DNA from: Promethearchaeota archaeon
GTDB taxonomy: Archaea > Asgardarchaeota > Lokiarchaeia > Sigyniarchaeales > SOKP01
Reading direction: 5' to 3'
NCBI GenBank assembly: GCA_048937405.1
Contig: JBHLNF010000002.1
Coordinates: 128,001 to 192,000, forward strand
DNA length: 64,000 bases
The stretch's first letter is position 1, and the number at the start of each line of letters is the position of its first letter. Under the pieces are notes generated by a model that ran no database searches, was not told the DNA's origin, and saw nothing but the letters and a program-made list of their open reading frames with translations. Positions 49,305 to 59,726 of this stretch are shown piece after piece. Both the position numbers and the translations under genes were made by a program.

Positions 49305-51353
49305 ATGTCGAATTTAAAAGTTAAAAAAGTAATAATTTTCAAACATGGAGTCTCATATTACATTCTTGAAGGTATTTTAAAAGGATCTGGTAAATTCGAG
49401 CTTGAATTTAAGATTGATGAAATGAATGATATTTTAAAATCACTATTTGTAATGGATACAAGTAAAAAAGGATATATTTCATCAATATCTTATGATGCTG
49501 CATTAGAAACGAGTCAATTACTTAGATCAATTATGTTAAATATCCCTGATAGAGATTCTTTTTCTTCCCTAGTAACACAAATTAAAGGTGCTGATGTAGA
49601 TCTTACTATTGGAGGTGCTAAAAAAATATCAGGAAAGATAATGGGAATTGAATCTGTTGAAAAAATTAGTAAAAGTGAGAAAACTACTGAGAAATATTTA
49701 GTGCTTCTACAAGATAATGATGTGATTTCAGAATATAACTTCTCTGAAATTCGCTCTCTGGACATTAAGAATGAAGAGATAAAAAAGGATTTGAAATTTT
49801 TCCTAGATACTGTAATTGCAGGAAAAAAAAAAGACGCAAAAAAAATCATAATTAATTCTGAATCTGGTGGGGATGATGAAATTGAAAGAAATATCTTTGT
49901 ATCTTATATTCGTGAAAGTCCTATCTGGAAAACATCATATCGGTTAATAATGAGTAAACAACAAGCATTAGAGCAAAAATGTCTCCTTTCTGGTTGGAGT
50001 CTTATAGAAAATACCACAAATCAAGATTGGGAAGATATTGAGTTATCATTGGTTGCGGGAATGCCTGTTTCATTTGTGTATGATTTTTATAGACCGATTT
50101 TTATCCAGAGACCGATAATTCAACCTCCAAAAGTATTAAGTGCCCGTCCTACTGAAATTGAAGAAGGATTAGAAATGGATAAATTTACAGAGTATGCTAT
50201 GGAAAAGGAAGTAGCAATACCCGCTCGAGAAAGAAAAGCTAAAGCAAGAGTAGCTACGACAGGAGCACAAGCTCCTAAGAGAGCTGTATTTAAGAGTGAA
50301 TATAAGCCAACTCTGACGTCTGAAGATGTTTTTATGGATAAACTTACATCACAAACAAAAACTCAAACCAAAGACTTAGGAGAATTATTTGAATATAATA
50401 TTTCAAATCCAGTTACTATTAAAAGAAAACAATCTGCGCTTGTTCCAATTCTTACAGAATCAATTAAGGCAAAAAGAATTTTATTATATAATAAAAATGA
50501 GCATGATAAAAATCCTAATGCTTGTCTAGAAATAACGAATAATACTGATTTAACTCTTGAAAGTGGTCCAGTTACAATTATCTATGACGATAATCTAGCA
50601 GGAGAAGCAATAATTCCTTTCTTAAATAAAGAAGATACGAGGTTATTAAATTTTGCCGTAGAACAAGCAGTGATTATAACACATGAACAAAAATCTGAGA
50701 ATTTAAGTGTTCATAGAGTCACATTTGGTAGTGGTTATTCTTATGAATATTATTTCACGAATATGACTACTGAATATAAAATTAAAAATAAAACTGACGA
50801 AGAAAAGGAACTATACCTAGATCATCCAAAGACTCACGAGTTCAAATTCATAGAAAAACCTGTTGAACCCGAAGAAACGCCTAATTATTGGCGATTCAAA
50901 TTGGCACTAAAACCAAAAGATGCTGTAAGTTTTAAACTGAAAGAACAAAGAGAAAATTACTCCAGTAATTACTTGTGGAATTATAACAAAGATGATCTTC
51001 TAAAACGCGTCGGTTTTTATGTAAAACATAAGTTTATTGATCCAGATTTAGAAATTAAGTTAAAAGAAATCGCAGAATTAATTCAAACTTTAAACGGCTT
51101 AAGATCTAAAGAAGAAAAACTTAGAGAAGAACGAGATTTAATGACTGATGAACAAGTAAGGCTTAGAGAAAATATCGCGGTATTAGGAAAAGATAGTCAA
51201 TCTATTTCGTTAAAGGAAAGATATATACAAAAATTGAATATTCAAGAGAGTAGATTTGAAGAAATAAATAAAGAACTTAAAATTTTAGAAAAGAAAATTA
51301 AAGAACTGAATATAGATATAGAAAATAAAATGAATCTACTTTCAACTCCGTAA
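49305..51353 (+). CDS. DUF4139-like protein
   Basis: FKHGVSY, MNDILKSL, PIWKTSYRL, N.T.QDW..IELSLVAG.P, LGELFEY. Confidence 0.75.
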   Translation: MSNLKVKKVIIFKHGVSYYILEGILKGSGKFELEFKIDEMNDILKSLFVMDTSKKGYISSISYDAALETSQLLRSIMLNIPDRDSFSSLVTQIKGADVDLTIGGAKKISGKIMGIESVEKISKSEKTTEKYLVLLQDNDVISEYNFSEIRSLDIKNEEIKKDLKFFLDTVIAGKKKDAKKIIINSESGGDDEIERNIFVSYIRESPIWKTSYRLIMSKQQALEQKCLLSGWSLIENTTNQDWEDIELSLVAGMPVSFVYDFYRPIFIQRPIIQPPKVLSARPTEIEEGLEMDKFTEYAMEKEVAIPARERKAKARVATTGAQAPKRAVFKSEYKPTLTSEDVFMDKLTSQTKTQTKDLGELFEYNISNPVTIKRKQSALVPILTESIKAKRILLYNKNEHDKNPNACLEITNNTDLTLESGPVTIIYDDNLAGEAIIPFLNKEDTRLLNFAVEQAVIITHEQKSENLSVHRVTFGSGYSYEYYFTNMTTEYKIKNKTDEEKELYLDHPKTHEFKFIEKPVEPEETPNYWRFKLALKPKDAVSFKLKEQRENYSSNYLWNYNKDDLLKRVGFYVKHKFIDPDLEIKLKEIAELIQTLNGLRSKEEKLREERDLMTDEQVRLRENIAVLGKDSQSISLKERYIQKLNIQESRFEEINKELKILEKKIKELNIDIENKMNLLSTP

Positions 51354-51417
51354 AATCAAAAATTTTTCTTTTTTTTCTAATTAATTTAATATTTTAGTTA
51401 ATTTACAATCATTAGGG

Positions 51418-52146
51418 ATGGTTATAAAAACAGTAAATATTGGTTTTAGAAGTCTAATATACCGAAGTGGATGGATGTATAATGCAATAACCCGTAGATT
51501 ATATGATCAAGATAAAAAATTCTCTCTTATTGCAAAAATTATAGGTAAAGGGCCAAAAAGAGTTTTAGATTTACCTTGTGGTACAGGTTATTTATTAAGA
51601 TTTTTGGATCCTTCAATAGAATATGAAGGTGCGGATCTTAACTATAGATTTCTAAGAAGAATTAGAAGTAAAGAATTAAATAAAAGAAATATCAGATTAT
51701 CAAAAATAATTTTATATCAAAAGAATATTTTTGATTTTAAAAATTATTTGGGAAAGAAAAAGGATGTAATTGTGCTTTGCGATATTCTACATCATATATA
51801 CCCTAGACATATTGAATTAATCAATATAGCCAAGAGAATTGCTAATAAAATTGTTATATGCGAGCCTTATGTAATTCAACCAAGAGAAATTACTGCTCGT
51901 GATAAATTGCTCAAAATTGTGATATTGTTTGGTAAATATTTACCAAAACCTTTATTCAAGATAAGTGATTATTTATTTTTAGATAACGACGGAATTAACT
52001 CTTATCAAATGAGATTAAGATGGAATTTTAACAAGAAAAGTCTTAAATTTTTTCTAAAAACTATGGGATTTAATAATATATATGAAATATTAGATGAATA
52101 TATTGCTATTTGGGAAACAAAAGATATTATAGAGGTACAAGCATAA
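51418..52146 (+). CDS. Class I SAM-dependent methyltransferase
   Basis: VLDLPCGTG, GADLN, ILHH, EP. Confidence 0.85.
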   Translation: MVIKTVNIGFRSLIYRSGWMYNAITRRLYDQDKKFSLIAKIIGKGPKRVLDLPCGTGYLLRFLDPSIEYEGADLNYRFLRRIRSKELNKRNIRLSKIILYQKNIFDFKNYLGKKKDVIVLCDILHHIYPRHIELINIAKRIANKIVICEPYVIQPREITARDKLLKIVILFGKYLPKPLFKISDYLFLDNDGINSYQMRLRWNFNKKSLKFFLKTMGFNNIYEILDEYIAIWETKDIIEVQA

Positions 52147-52148
52147 GT

Positions 52149-52826
52149 ATGATAAAGATCACTCTTTCTCTATGGGATACAGGAGGACAAGAACGGTTTG
52201 ACTTTTTTAAAACCGATTTTTTCAAAGGTGTTGCTGTACTTGGTTTAGTCTTCGATTTAAGTCGTCCAGATACTTTTGATGAAATTAATTTGTATTTTAA
52301 AGAAATGCGAAAACAATCGGGTAATATCCCAATTTTTTTAATAGGAAATAAAAATGATCTAAAAAAAGACGTAGGAGAAGCCATCTCTAGAGACAAAATT
52401 ATCCAAACAGTAAATCGGTATTATTTATTTGAGTATATTGAAACTTCCGCTCTGGATAATGAGAATGTAGAACGGTTATTTCACCGACTAGCTATTACAG
52501 CTTTATTGGATTTAAGACCTCGTCTGGGTGAAATTATAGATCCTACTCATTTCAGATTCAAAGTTCTATTAGCGGGAGCTGCTGCTGTTGGGAAATCTTC
52601 CTTAATAAGAACCTTTGCCAAAAAAGAGTTTGAAGAAGATTATAAATTGACAGTTGGATTAGATTTCATGACCCAAACTCTTGAATTCGATGAAGATGAT
52701 ATCCCTGATGAAACACATGAATTAATCAAAAAATCCATTAAAGATTATAAAAAAATTGCAAAGAAATATCGCAAAAGAGAAGAAATATCTGAGATCATAG
52801 AAACTCTAAAGGAAATTGAACAATAA
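52149..52826 (+). CDS. Circularly permuted Rab-like GTPase (G3-G4-G5-G1-G2)
   Basis: Order WDTGGQERF, GNKND, ETSAL, then GAAAVGKSS, YKLTVGLDF; ATG 2 nt after upstream stop. Confidence 0.85.
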   Translation: MIKITLSLWDTGGQERFDFFKTDFFKGVAVLGLVFDLSRPDTFDEINLYFKEMRKQSGNIPIFLIGNKNDLKKDVGEAISRDKIIQTVNRYYLFEYIETSALDNENVERLFHRLAITALLDLRPRLGEIIDPTHFRFKVLLAGAAAVGKSSLIRTFAKKEFEEDYKLTVGLDFMTQTLEFDEDDIPDETHELIKKSIKDYKKIAKKYRKREEISEIIETLKEIEQ

Positions 52827-52868
52827 AAATAATATTCTCATAATTTTCAATATTATAGTATCTTAATT

Positions 52869-53864
52869 TTATATATAATGAGTTTGACTTGCTATCATGT
52901 CAGCTTTATGTATTAAAGTGCCGAGGTTATTCATTTCTATCGGTAAATATTTACTCCATTTACCATGATGAAATATTATAGCTTGATACATCTCATCATC
53001 AAAATATAAAATTTGACCTTTTCTCTTAATAACTGCTACAGTTTCTTCAACATGATAATCTCTTCCCTCAAAGTTAAATTTTCTTTTAACTTCTTCATGT
53101 ATTATCTCTAATTCTTCACGATTTACCTCAAACTTAGATATAAAGTTCTTTCTCTTGAAGGAATAATATGAAATTTTACCAAAATCATGATAAATAGCAG
53201 TTAAAACTGCCTTTTTAATGTTGACATCGTATTCTTTAGATTTACAGAGATTATAACTATAATTTGTTACTAATAAAATATGATCAAATAATCCTCCTGT
53301 ATACCCTCCATGAATACCTCTTAATGCAGCAGGTAATTTTTTGGCTTCTATCAAAATTTCTTCTAATAAATCTCTTTTAGAATCTTCCAAATCAACAAGA
53401 TCAAAGAAAAAGTCAAATCCCTTATAGTCAAACTCTAATTGGTTTTTAAGATCCCCATTAACGAACTGGTTAATGTCAAGAAGGTCAATTGTATTTTGTT
53501 GACTTTTCAATTTGATTTTAGAACTAATTTGTTTTAATAGATTAGTAGCAAAATCATGGTCTTGATTCTTCAAGACATAAAAAAATTTTACTATATGCTT
53601 ACAAAATTTATTGGTGTGTTTCTTTCGAGCCAAGTAATCAGGACAGTCATGCTCTATAAAATTAGAGGTATTTATCAGAGAAATATTTATATTAAGCTTA
53701 TATGGAATTAGTTTATTTCCTTGTATTTCAGCTTCGATTATACCGTTTTTTTTATCTATTCTAAGAATTCGAACATGTTTATCTGGAATAGATTTTACTC
53801 GATTTAGAGTATTTTTACTTGTTAAATTTTTAATATTTTTTTCAAAATCAATCTGTTCTACCAT
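52869..53864 (-). CDS. SWIM-like Zn finger fused to HD phosphohydrolase domain
   Basis: HDCPD...FCKHI; GGLFDH, YHDFGK, FHHG, HKAD. Confidence 0.8.
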   Translation of the reverse strand: MVEQIDFEKNIKNLTSKNTLNRVKSIPDKHVRILRIDKKNGIIEAEIQGNKLIPYKLNINISLINTSNFIEHDCPDYLARKKHTNKFCKHIVKFFYVLKNQDHDFATNLLKQISSKIKLKSQQNTIDLLDINQFVNGDLKNQLEFDYKGFDFFFDLVDLEDSKRDLLEEILIEAKKLPAALRGIHGGYTGGLFDHILLVTNYSYNLCKSKEYDVNIKKAVLTAIYHDFGKISYYSFKRKNFISKFEVNREELEIIHEEVKRKFNFEGRDYHVEETVAVIKRKGQILYFDDEMYQAIIFHHGKWSKYLPIEMNNLGTLIHKADMIASQTHYI

Positions 53865-53983
53865 TATTTCTAATACTAGTCTTGGAAATTATTTAAAACA
53901 TTAGTCCCTTATTAAATTAAATTTTTTAGAAATAAAAATAAATTAAGATATGTTTATTAAATTAAAAAATCAAGGTGTGAATT

Positions 53984-54190
53984 ATGAGTATTGATGAATT
54001 ACAAGAAGAGGTAGATAAGCTTTTAGAAGAAATGGATGAACTTCAAGAGGTATGTGATACTCTTCCTCAATGTGAAGAGGATGATGGATGCGCTACTTGT
54101 GAAACGAATAAAAAAATTGAAGAATTAGAACAAAAAATTGAAGATCTTGAAAATAAAATTGAAAAATTGATGGGAGAAGAAGAGGAATAA
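53984..54190 (+). CDS. Small acidic coiled-coil protein with four Cys
   Basis: CDTLPQC...CATC between two heptad helices. Confidence 0.7.
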   Translation: MSIDELQEEVDKLLEEMDELQEVCDTLPQCEEDDGCATCETNKKIEELEQKIEDLENKIEKLMGEEEE

Positions 54191-54280
54191 ATCCCACCTA
54201 ATCCCAATTAATTATATATTTTTTATTTTGTATTATTATATTTTTATTTATTTATTTATAATTCTTTTATAAACGATTTA

Positions 54281-55567
54281 TTACAAATTCTTAAATTGAT
54301 TTCTCAAGTTTCTTGACATAATTAATTGTTGGATTTGTCTCGCACCTCCGATAATTTCCTGAATTCGAGAAATGTTCACATAATCTTGCATCATTGTATT
54401 ATCACACAAACCTGCACCTCCCATAAGATTGGCCGCTTCATAACAAACTTTTCTAGAAAGCAAGGCACAATTGTATTTATATTCACTTCCAAAAGCTACA
54501 AATGCTCTTGAAATATTATCTGGTAATTGTGCATTATACTTTTCCATTTTTTCATCATATTTTTCAGCAAATTTTAAGATACCATGTGTAAGTGATGTCG
54601 TTTTAGCCCACAGATCGGTCAATGGAAAGCCTACCCCTTGATGGAGCAAGACCTCCTTATCAAATTGTTTTCTCAAGTTTGTATAAATTACTGCAATTGA
54701 AAGAGCGCCCCAACATTCACTTATACCTCTTGTTGAGATTGAAATTCTCTCAGGGACCAATCCCTCAAAAAGATGCTCCCTTCCTTTACCAATCCCACCT
54801 AGTATATATTCTTTTGGAACTCGTAAATTAACCAATGTTTCTTTGCCAAGATATAATTTTGGAACATAAGGAATAAATACCCTATCGCAATTCCATCCAT
54901 CCCAAGAGGTGTTTATGAGAAATTGTCCCATAACGTTTCCATTGTTTTGTTCAGCAGTAGCATAAGATACAGCCCATTTTGCTCTAGGTGCGTTTGTATT
55001 ATATACTTTTTCACCGTTTAATAGAAAACTGCCATCTTCCTGTTCTTGACAGGTAGTTAATTGGTGGACCGCATCAGAACCTCTCTCTGGTTCAGTAATT
55101 AATAGACATCCTGTATATTCTCCAGTTACTAACTCTTTTAATGCTTCAAGACGTACTGGAACATTTTCATGATGAAAATAAATAGGGTTTACACAAATAA
55201 CCGTAGCACCGCTTCCCATCGCAAATTGAGGATCAAATAAATCAAGAGCCAATATTCTCATAAAATCTATAGCCATTCCGTGTTCTTTATAATTTAAATC
55301 GATGCAATTATAGTCAAATTGACGAGTTATGTAACCTTGTTTTCCAAAAGCAGGATACCAATCATATATATCTTCATTTGGTCCATGTGTGAGTTTATTC
55401 TGCTCTTCAAATTGTAAACAAAAATCCTCAACTTCTTTAAGAAAGGCGAATTGACTTTCAGTAAGAATTGGAAATAAATTATCATTAAGATAGTTGTATC
55501 TATTTCTTAGATTTAATTTCCCTAATATTTCGTCATTAATAACCTGTGTTTCAAATCGTTTTTGCAT
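54281..55567 (-). CDS. Acyl-CoA dehydrogenase
   Basis: ITEPERGSD, LNGEK..NTN, RKQF, MGGAG, EI.GG. Confidence 0.92.
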   Translation of the reverse strand: MQKRFETQVINDEILGKLNLRNRYNYLNDNLFPILTESQFAFLKEVEDFCLQFEEQNKLTHGPNEDIYDWYPAFGKQGYITRQFDYNCIDLNYKEHGMAIDFMRILALDLFDPQFAMGSGATVICVNPIYFHHENVPVRLEALKELVTGEYTGCLLITEPERGSDAVHQLTTCQEQEDGSFLLNGEKVYNTNAPRAKWAVSYATAEQNNGNVMGQFLINTSWDGWNCDRVFIPYVPKLYLGKETLVNLRVPKEYILGGIGKGREHLFEGLVPERISISTRGISECWGALSIAVIYTNLRKQFDKEVLLHQGVGFPLTDLWAKTTSLTHGILKFAEKYDEKMEKYNAQLPDNISRAFVAFGSEYKYNCALLSRKVCYEAANLMGGAGLCDNTMMQDYVNISRIQEIIGGARQIQQLIMSRNLRNQFKNL

Positions 55568-55750
55568 TTTTCTATACTTCCATAATTTTTTTTATAATTT
55601 TGATAATATGGTATTTTGATATATTTTTTTTGAATTTCGTAAAAATAATATACTTTATAGAATTTGAACAACTTTTACTATCAATATTAAAAACTAAATT
55701 ATAAATTAATAAGTTCTAAATTTCTTAAATATTACAAGATATGAGTTAAA

Positions 55751-57049
55751 ATGACTGAAAATAAAAAGTTTGAAACCCAAGTAATTAATGACGCAATTTT
55801 AGAAAAGTTAAGTCTTAAATACCGCTATACTTTTTTGAATAGTAATTTAAGTTCGATATTATCAGAAGATCAATTTAAATTTATTCAGAAGGTTCAGCAG
55901 TTTTGCCTACAATTTGAAGAAAAGAATAAAATTACTCACGGGATGAATGAGGATATATATGATTGGATGGCACCATTTGGAGCAGAAGGATATGTCACAA
56001 GGGCTCATGATTTTAAATTCCTTGATGTAGATTTTCCTGAGTGGGGATTAGTAGCAGATCTTCTTCGATATATTGCTGTAGACAATTTTGATCCTCAATT
56101 TGCTATGGCTATTGGAGCTACAGTTTTGGCAATAAATCCTGTATATGAACACCATGAAAATATTCCTATACGGCTTGAGGCTTTAAAAGGTATGGTTACA
56201 GGTAAAGCAGTAGGGGGAATTCTTATTACTGAACCTGAACGAGGTTCTGATGCGGTCCATCAATTAACTACCTGTGAAGAACAGGAAGATGGCAGTTTTC
56301 TATTAAACGGTGAAAAAGTATTCAATACCAATGTCCCCAAATCACAATGGGTAGTTGCTTATGCTACTACTGAACAAAATAATGCAAATACAATGGCTCA
56401 ATTTTTGATAAATACATCATGGGATGGCTGGAGTTGTGAACGTGCAGGAATACCATGGACCCCTAAAGTATTTATAGGAAAAGAGAAATTAGAAAATCTC
56501 AGAGTTCCTAAAGAATGCGTCTTAGGCCCTGTTGGTAAAGGGAGAGAACATCTTTTTGAAGGTCTCGTACCTGAACGCATTGGAATTGCGGTTGGTGCTG
56601 TTGCACAATGTTGGGGTGCTTTAACACACGCCGCAATATATTCTAGTTTGAGAAAACAATTCAATCAAGAGATCTTAAAATTTCAGGGTGTTGGATTTCC
56701 ATTGACCGATCTCTGGGCCAGAACCTCAAATATAACATTTGGATTACTCAAATTCTGTGAAAGTTATGATGAGTTATTTAATAAATATGAAGGAAAAATC
56801 CCACCAAATGTAAGCCGAAATATGGTTCTAAATGCATCTCAATTTAAATATCAGGCTACAAACTTATCAAAAGAAGTTTGTTACGAAGCGGCTAATCTTA
56901 TGGGAGGAGCAGGCTTATCAGATAATACATTAATGCACGATTATGTTGGTATTTCTCGAATTCAGGAGATTGTTGGTGGAAGCAGACAAATTCAACAATA
57001 TATTATGAATGGACACCTTTTATCCTTAAATAAAAGGCTACTTGCATAG
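55751..57049 (+). CDS. Acyl-CoA dehydrogenase (paralogue)
   Basis: Same motifs. Confidence 0.92.
   Translation: MTENKKFETQVINDAILEKLSLKYRYTFLNSNLSSILSEDQFKFIQKVQQFCLQFEEKNKITHGMNEDIYDWMAPFGAEGYVTRAHDFKFLDVDFPEWGLVADLLRYIAVDNFDPQFAMAIGATVLAINPVYEHHENIPIRLEALKGMVTGKAVGGILITEPERGSDAVHQLTTCEEQEDGSFLLNGEKVFNTNVPKSQWVVAYATTEQNNANTMAQFLINTSWDGWSCERAGIPWTPKVFIGKEKLENLRVPKECVLGPVGKGREHLFEGLVPERIGIAVGAVAQCWGALTHAAIYSSLRKQFNQEILKFQGVGFPLTDLWARTSNITFGLLKFCESYDELFNKYEGKIPPNVSRNMVLNASQFKYQATNLSKEVCYEAANLMGGAGLSDNTLMHDYVGISRIQEIVGGSRQIQQYIMNGHLLSLNKRLLA
56231..56304. repeat. 74-bp tract identical (inverted) to 58095-58168 and near-identical to 55004-55083
   Basis: Direct base-by-base comparison. Confidence 0.85.
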
Positions 57050-57355
57050 AAAATTTAAAGAATAAATATTAATATATACTTAAATTTTCATTGATTTCTT
57101 TTTTTTTAAAAATTTTATAATAATTTGAAAAATTCTTCTAAGTTCTAAGTTAACTAAAATAATTTTTTAGAGGATTAAATAGAAAATATAAGTGAAGTTT
57201 ATCAATTTTTCTCTTAAATTATGTTATTTTTGATATTAAAATCAGTTTGATTAAATTTAGTTTCTTAATTTAAACTATTGCTCAAGAATTTTATTAATTA
57301 AATTTTATTCTTTATGGAAAATTGATATGATTTTATATAAAAAATATAAAAAAAA

Positions 57356-58639
57356 TTAGAGCATTTTAAAGATTTGTCTTAAAGCCATGCTCATAATATA
57401 TTGCTGGATTTGCCTACTCCCACCGACGATTTCTTGAATTCGAGAAATATTTACATAATCCTGCATTAATGTATTATCAGATAAGCCTGCTCCTCCCATA
57501 AGATTAGCAGCTTCGTAACAAATTTGTTTAGAAAGATTGGTGCAATGATACTTAAACTGAGAAGCGCTTGCAACCATAGCACGGCTTATATTAACAGGAA
57601 TATGACCCTCAAATTTTTCCATTTTTTCATCATATGATTCACAAAACTTGAGTATACCAAGAGTCAAATTTGTAGTTTTTGCCCATAAATCTGTTAAAAG
57701 AAAGCCAACTCCCTGGAATTTGAGGATCTCTTGATTGAATTGTTTTCTCAAATTAGCATATATAGCAGCGTGAGATACGGCACCCCAACATTGTGCTATA
57801 GCACCAACCGCGATTCCAATACGTTCAGGTACGAGCCCTTCAAAAAGATGTTCTCGACCTTTACCAACAGGTCCCAATATATATTCTTTAGGAACTTTAA
57901 GATTTTCTAAATGCTCATGACCAAGAAATAATTTATCTACATAAGGAATGTACACTCTATCACATTTCCATCCTTCCCATACGGTATTTACTAAGAATTG
58001 AGCCATTAAATTACCGTTATTTTGTTCTGCGGTAGCATATATTACAGCCCATTTTGATTTAGGAGCATTTGTGTTATATATTTTTTCACCATTCAATAGA
58101 AAACTGCCATCTTCCTGTTCTTCACAGGTAGTTAATTGATGGACCGCATCAGAACCTCGTTCAGGTTCTGTTATACATATACAACCAGATGATTTACCTG
58201 TAACCATGTCTTTTAATGCTTCAAGCCGTTCAGAAATATTTTCATGGTGCTCATACACAGGATTTATCGCTAAAACCGTAGCACCAATTCCCATTGCAAA
58301 TTGAGGATCAAAACTATCTACTGCAAGATATCGAAGGAAATCTGCTACAGCACCATAATATTCATATGTAATATCAATCATATCAAAATTGTGAGATCTT
58401 GTGATATAACCATCTGCTCCAAATGCTGGAGCCCAATCATATACGTCCTCCCCTGGTCCATGTGTGATTTCATTTTTTTTCTCAAATCTAAGACAAAATT
58501 TTTGAACTTTTTTTAGAAAATTAAATTGTTCAGGGGAAAGTATCGCAATTAAATTATTATTTACAAACGAATATCGATTTTTAAGGCTCAATTTCTCAAG
58601 TATTTCATCATTAATTGCTTGATTCATAAACTTTGCCAT
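57356..58639 (-). CDS. Acyl-CoA dehydrogenase (paralogue)
   Basis: Same motifs. Confidence 0.92.
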   Translation of the reverse strand: MAKFMNQAINDEILEKLSLKNRYSFVNNNLIAILSPEQFNFLKKVQKFCLRFEKKNEITHGPGEDVYDWAPAFGADGYITRSHNFDMIDITYEYYGAVADFLRYLAVDSFDPQFAMGIGATVLAINPVYEHHENISERLEALKDMVTGKSSGCICITEPERGSDAVHQLTTCEEQEDGSFLLNGEKIYNTNAPKSKWAVIYATAEQNNGNLMAQFLVNTVWEGWKCDRVYIPYVDKLFLGHEHLENLKVPKEYILGPVGKGREHLFEGLVPERIGIAVGAIAQCWGAVSHAAIYANLRKQFNQEILKFQGVGFLLTDLWAKTTNLTLGILKFCESYDEKMEKFEGHIPVNISRAMVASASQFKYHCTNLSKQICYEAANLMGGAGLSDNTLMQDYVNISRIQEIVGGSRQIQQYIMSMALRQIFKML

Positions 58640-58744
58640 AAAATTTACCCCACTTCTTAATGTTTTATGATTATTCGATAACTATTTTCACTAGGGTAAT
58701 AAAGTTTTGACTTTTTAATTTTTGTAAAAGCAAACTATCAAAAA

Positions 58745-59497
58745 TTAAAAAATTAATTTTTGAATTCTATTCGAAAATCTTTTAGAGATAACTAATCCCG
58801 TTTCAAATGGACAGTTACTCTTGAATTGAATAACAGATATAAAATGCTCATCTATCCCTGTTAATGACAGAACACCAAATTTTTCTAAGGAGATTAATTC
58901 ATTTACTCTAAAATTTCCTGATATAAATCTTCCTTCTAAGAGTCGAATGATTTCGGATAATATATTTGGCTCTAATGATGATACAATAACTCTGCCCGTT
59001 TGAGTTAGTAGAGCTGAAGAAACAACAAAAGAAGAAAATGTATGCAATTCATTAAAAATATCCAATAGGTCTTTTTTAATTTCATCTGAAACTATCTGAC
59101 CATGGTTTTCCATTATAGCATCTATATTCTTTTCAAATTCAAAAAATTTTGAAATTTCTCCATCAAAATTTTCATTTAGTAAGGTTAGATCATACTTATT
59201 GAGGAATTGATTCTTAATTTCCCTTAATTGATTTCTAATCTCAACAAGATTATCAGTTCTATCACTGAAAAGGGCAAATAATAACTCATCATTTCCTATT
59301 TTCTCAATCTCGAATATGAACCTAAATAGTCCAACCTCAATTTCAGATAATTCTTCAGTTTTTAGAGTTTGTTTAACAAATGAAAAAATTGCACTTAAAA
59401 AACTACTAGTTAATTTTATATTAAAAATATCTTCATAGGTTTTATAGAAGATCAATTCACCAGTGTTCCCTTTCATTATAAAGATATTTTTAATCAT
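58745..59497 (-). CDS. Longin-like plus roadblock/LC7-like two-domain protein
   Basis: IFIM..TGELIF...LTSSFLSAIFSF...IEVG longin pattern; C-terminal VVSSALLTQTGRVIVSSL roadblock pattern. Confidence 0.7.
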   Translation of the reverse strand: MIKNIFIMKGNTGELIFYKTYEDIFNIKLTSSFLSAIFSFVKQTLKTEELSEIEVGLFRFIFEIEKIGNDELLFALFSDRTDNLVEIRNQLREIKNQFLNKYDLTLLNENFDGEISKFFEFEKNIDAIMENHGQIVSDEIKKDLLDIFNELHTFSSFVVSSALLTQTGRVIVSSLEPNILSEIIRLLEGRFISGNFRVNELISLEKFGVLSLTGIDEHFISVIQFKSNCPFETGLVISKRFSNRIQKLIF

Positions 59498-59726
59498 TTT
59501 ACTGAAGTTATCTTGAATTGTATGTAATATATAACGATTTTATAACTTAAATAAAAATTAATCTATAAAAATGCATTTATTAATTTAGCTTTTTAAGAAG
59601 GAGCAACATTTAATTTCTAAATTCTACAAAAATTTAAAAATTCAAATTAACCTAAATTGATATTCAAGAAAATAAAGAATTTGATAAATTTACAGATAAA
59701 TTGTCTTGATTTCTGATAAATACAAT

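Noticed and set aside
52110-52148. Upstream extension supplying a missing P-loop to the permuted GTPase
   Set aside because: Overlaps the methyltransferase and has no G1 motif; G1 is present downstream in the same ORF
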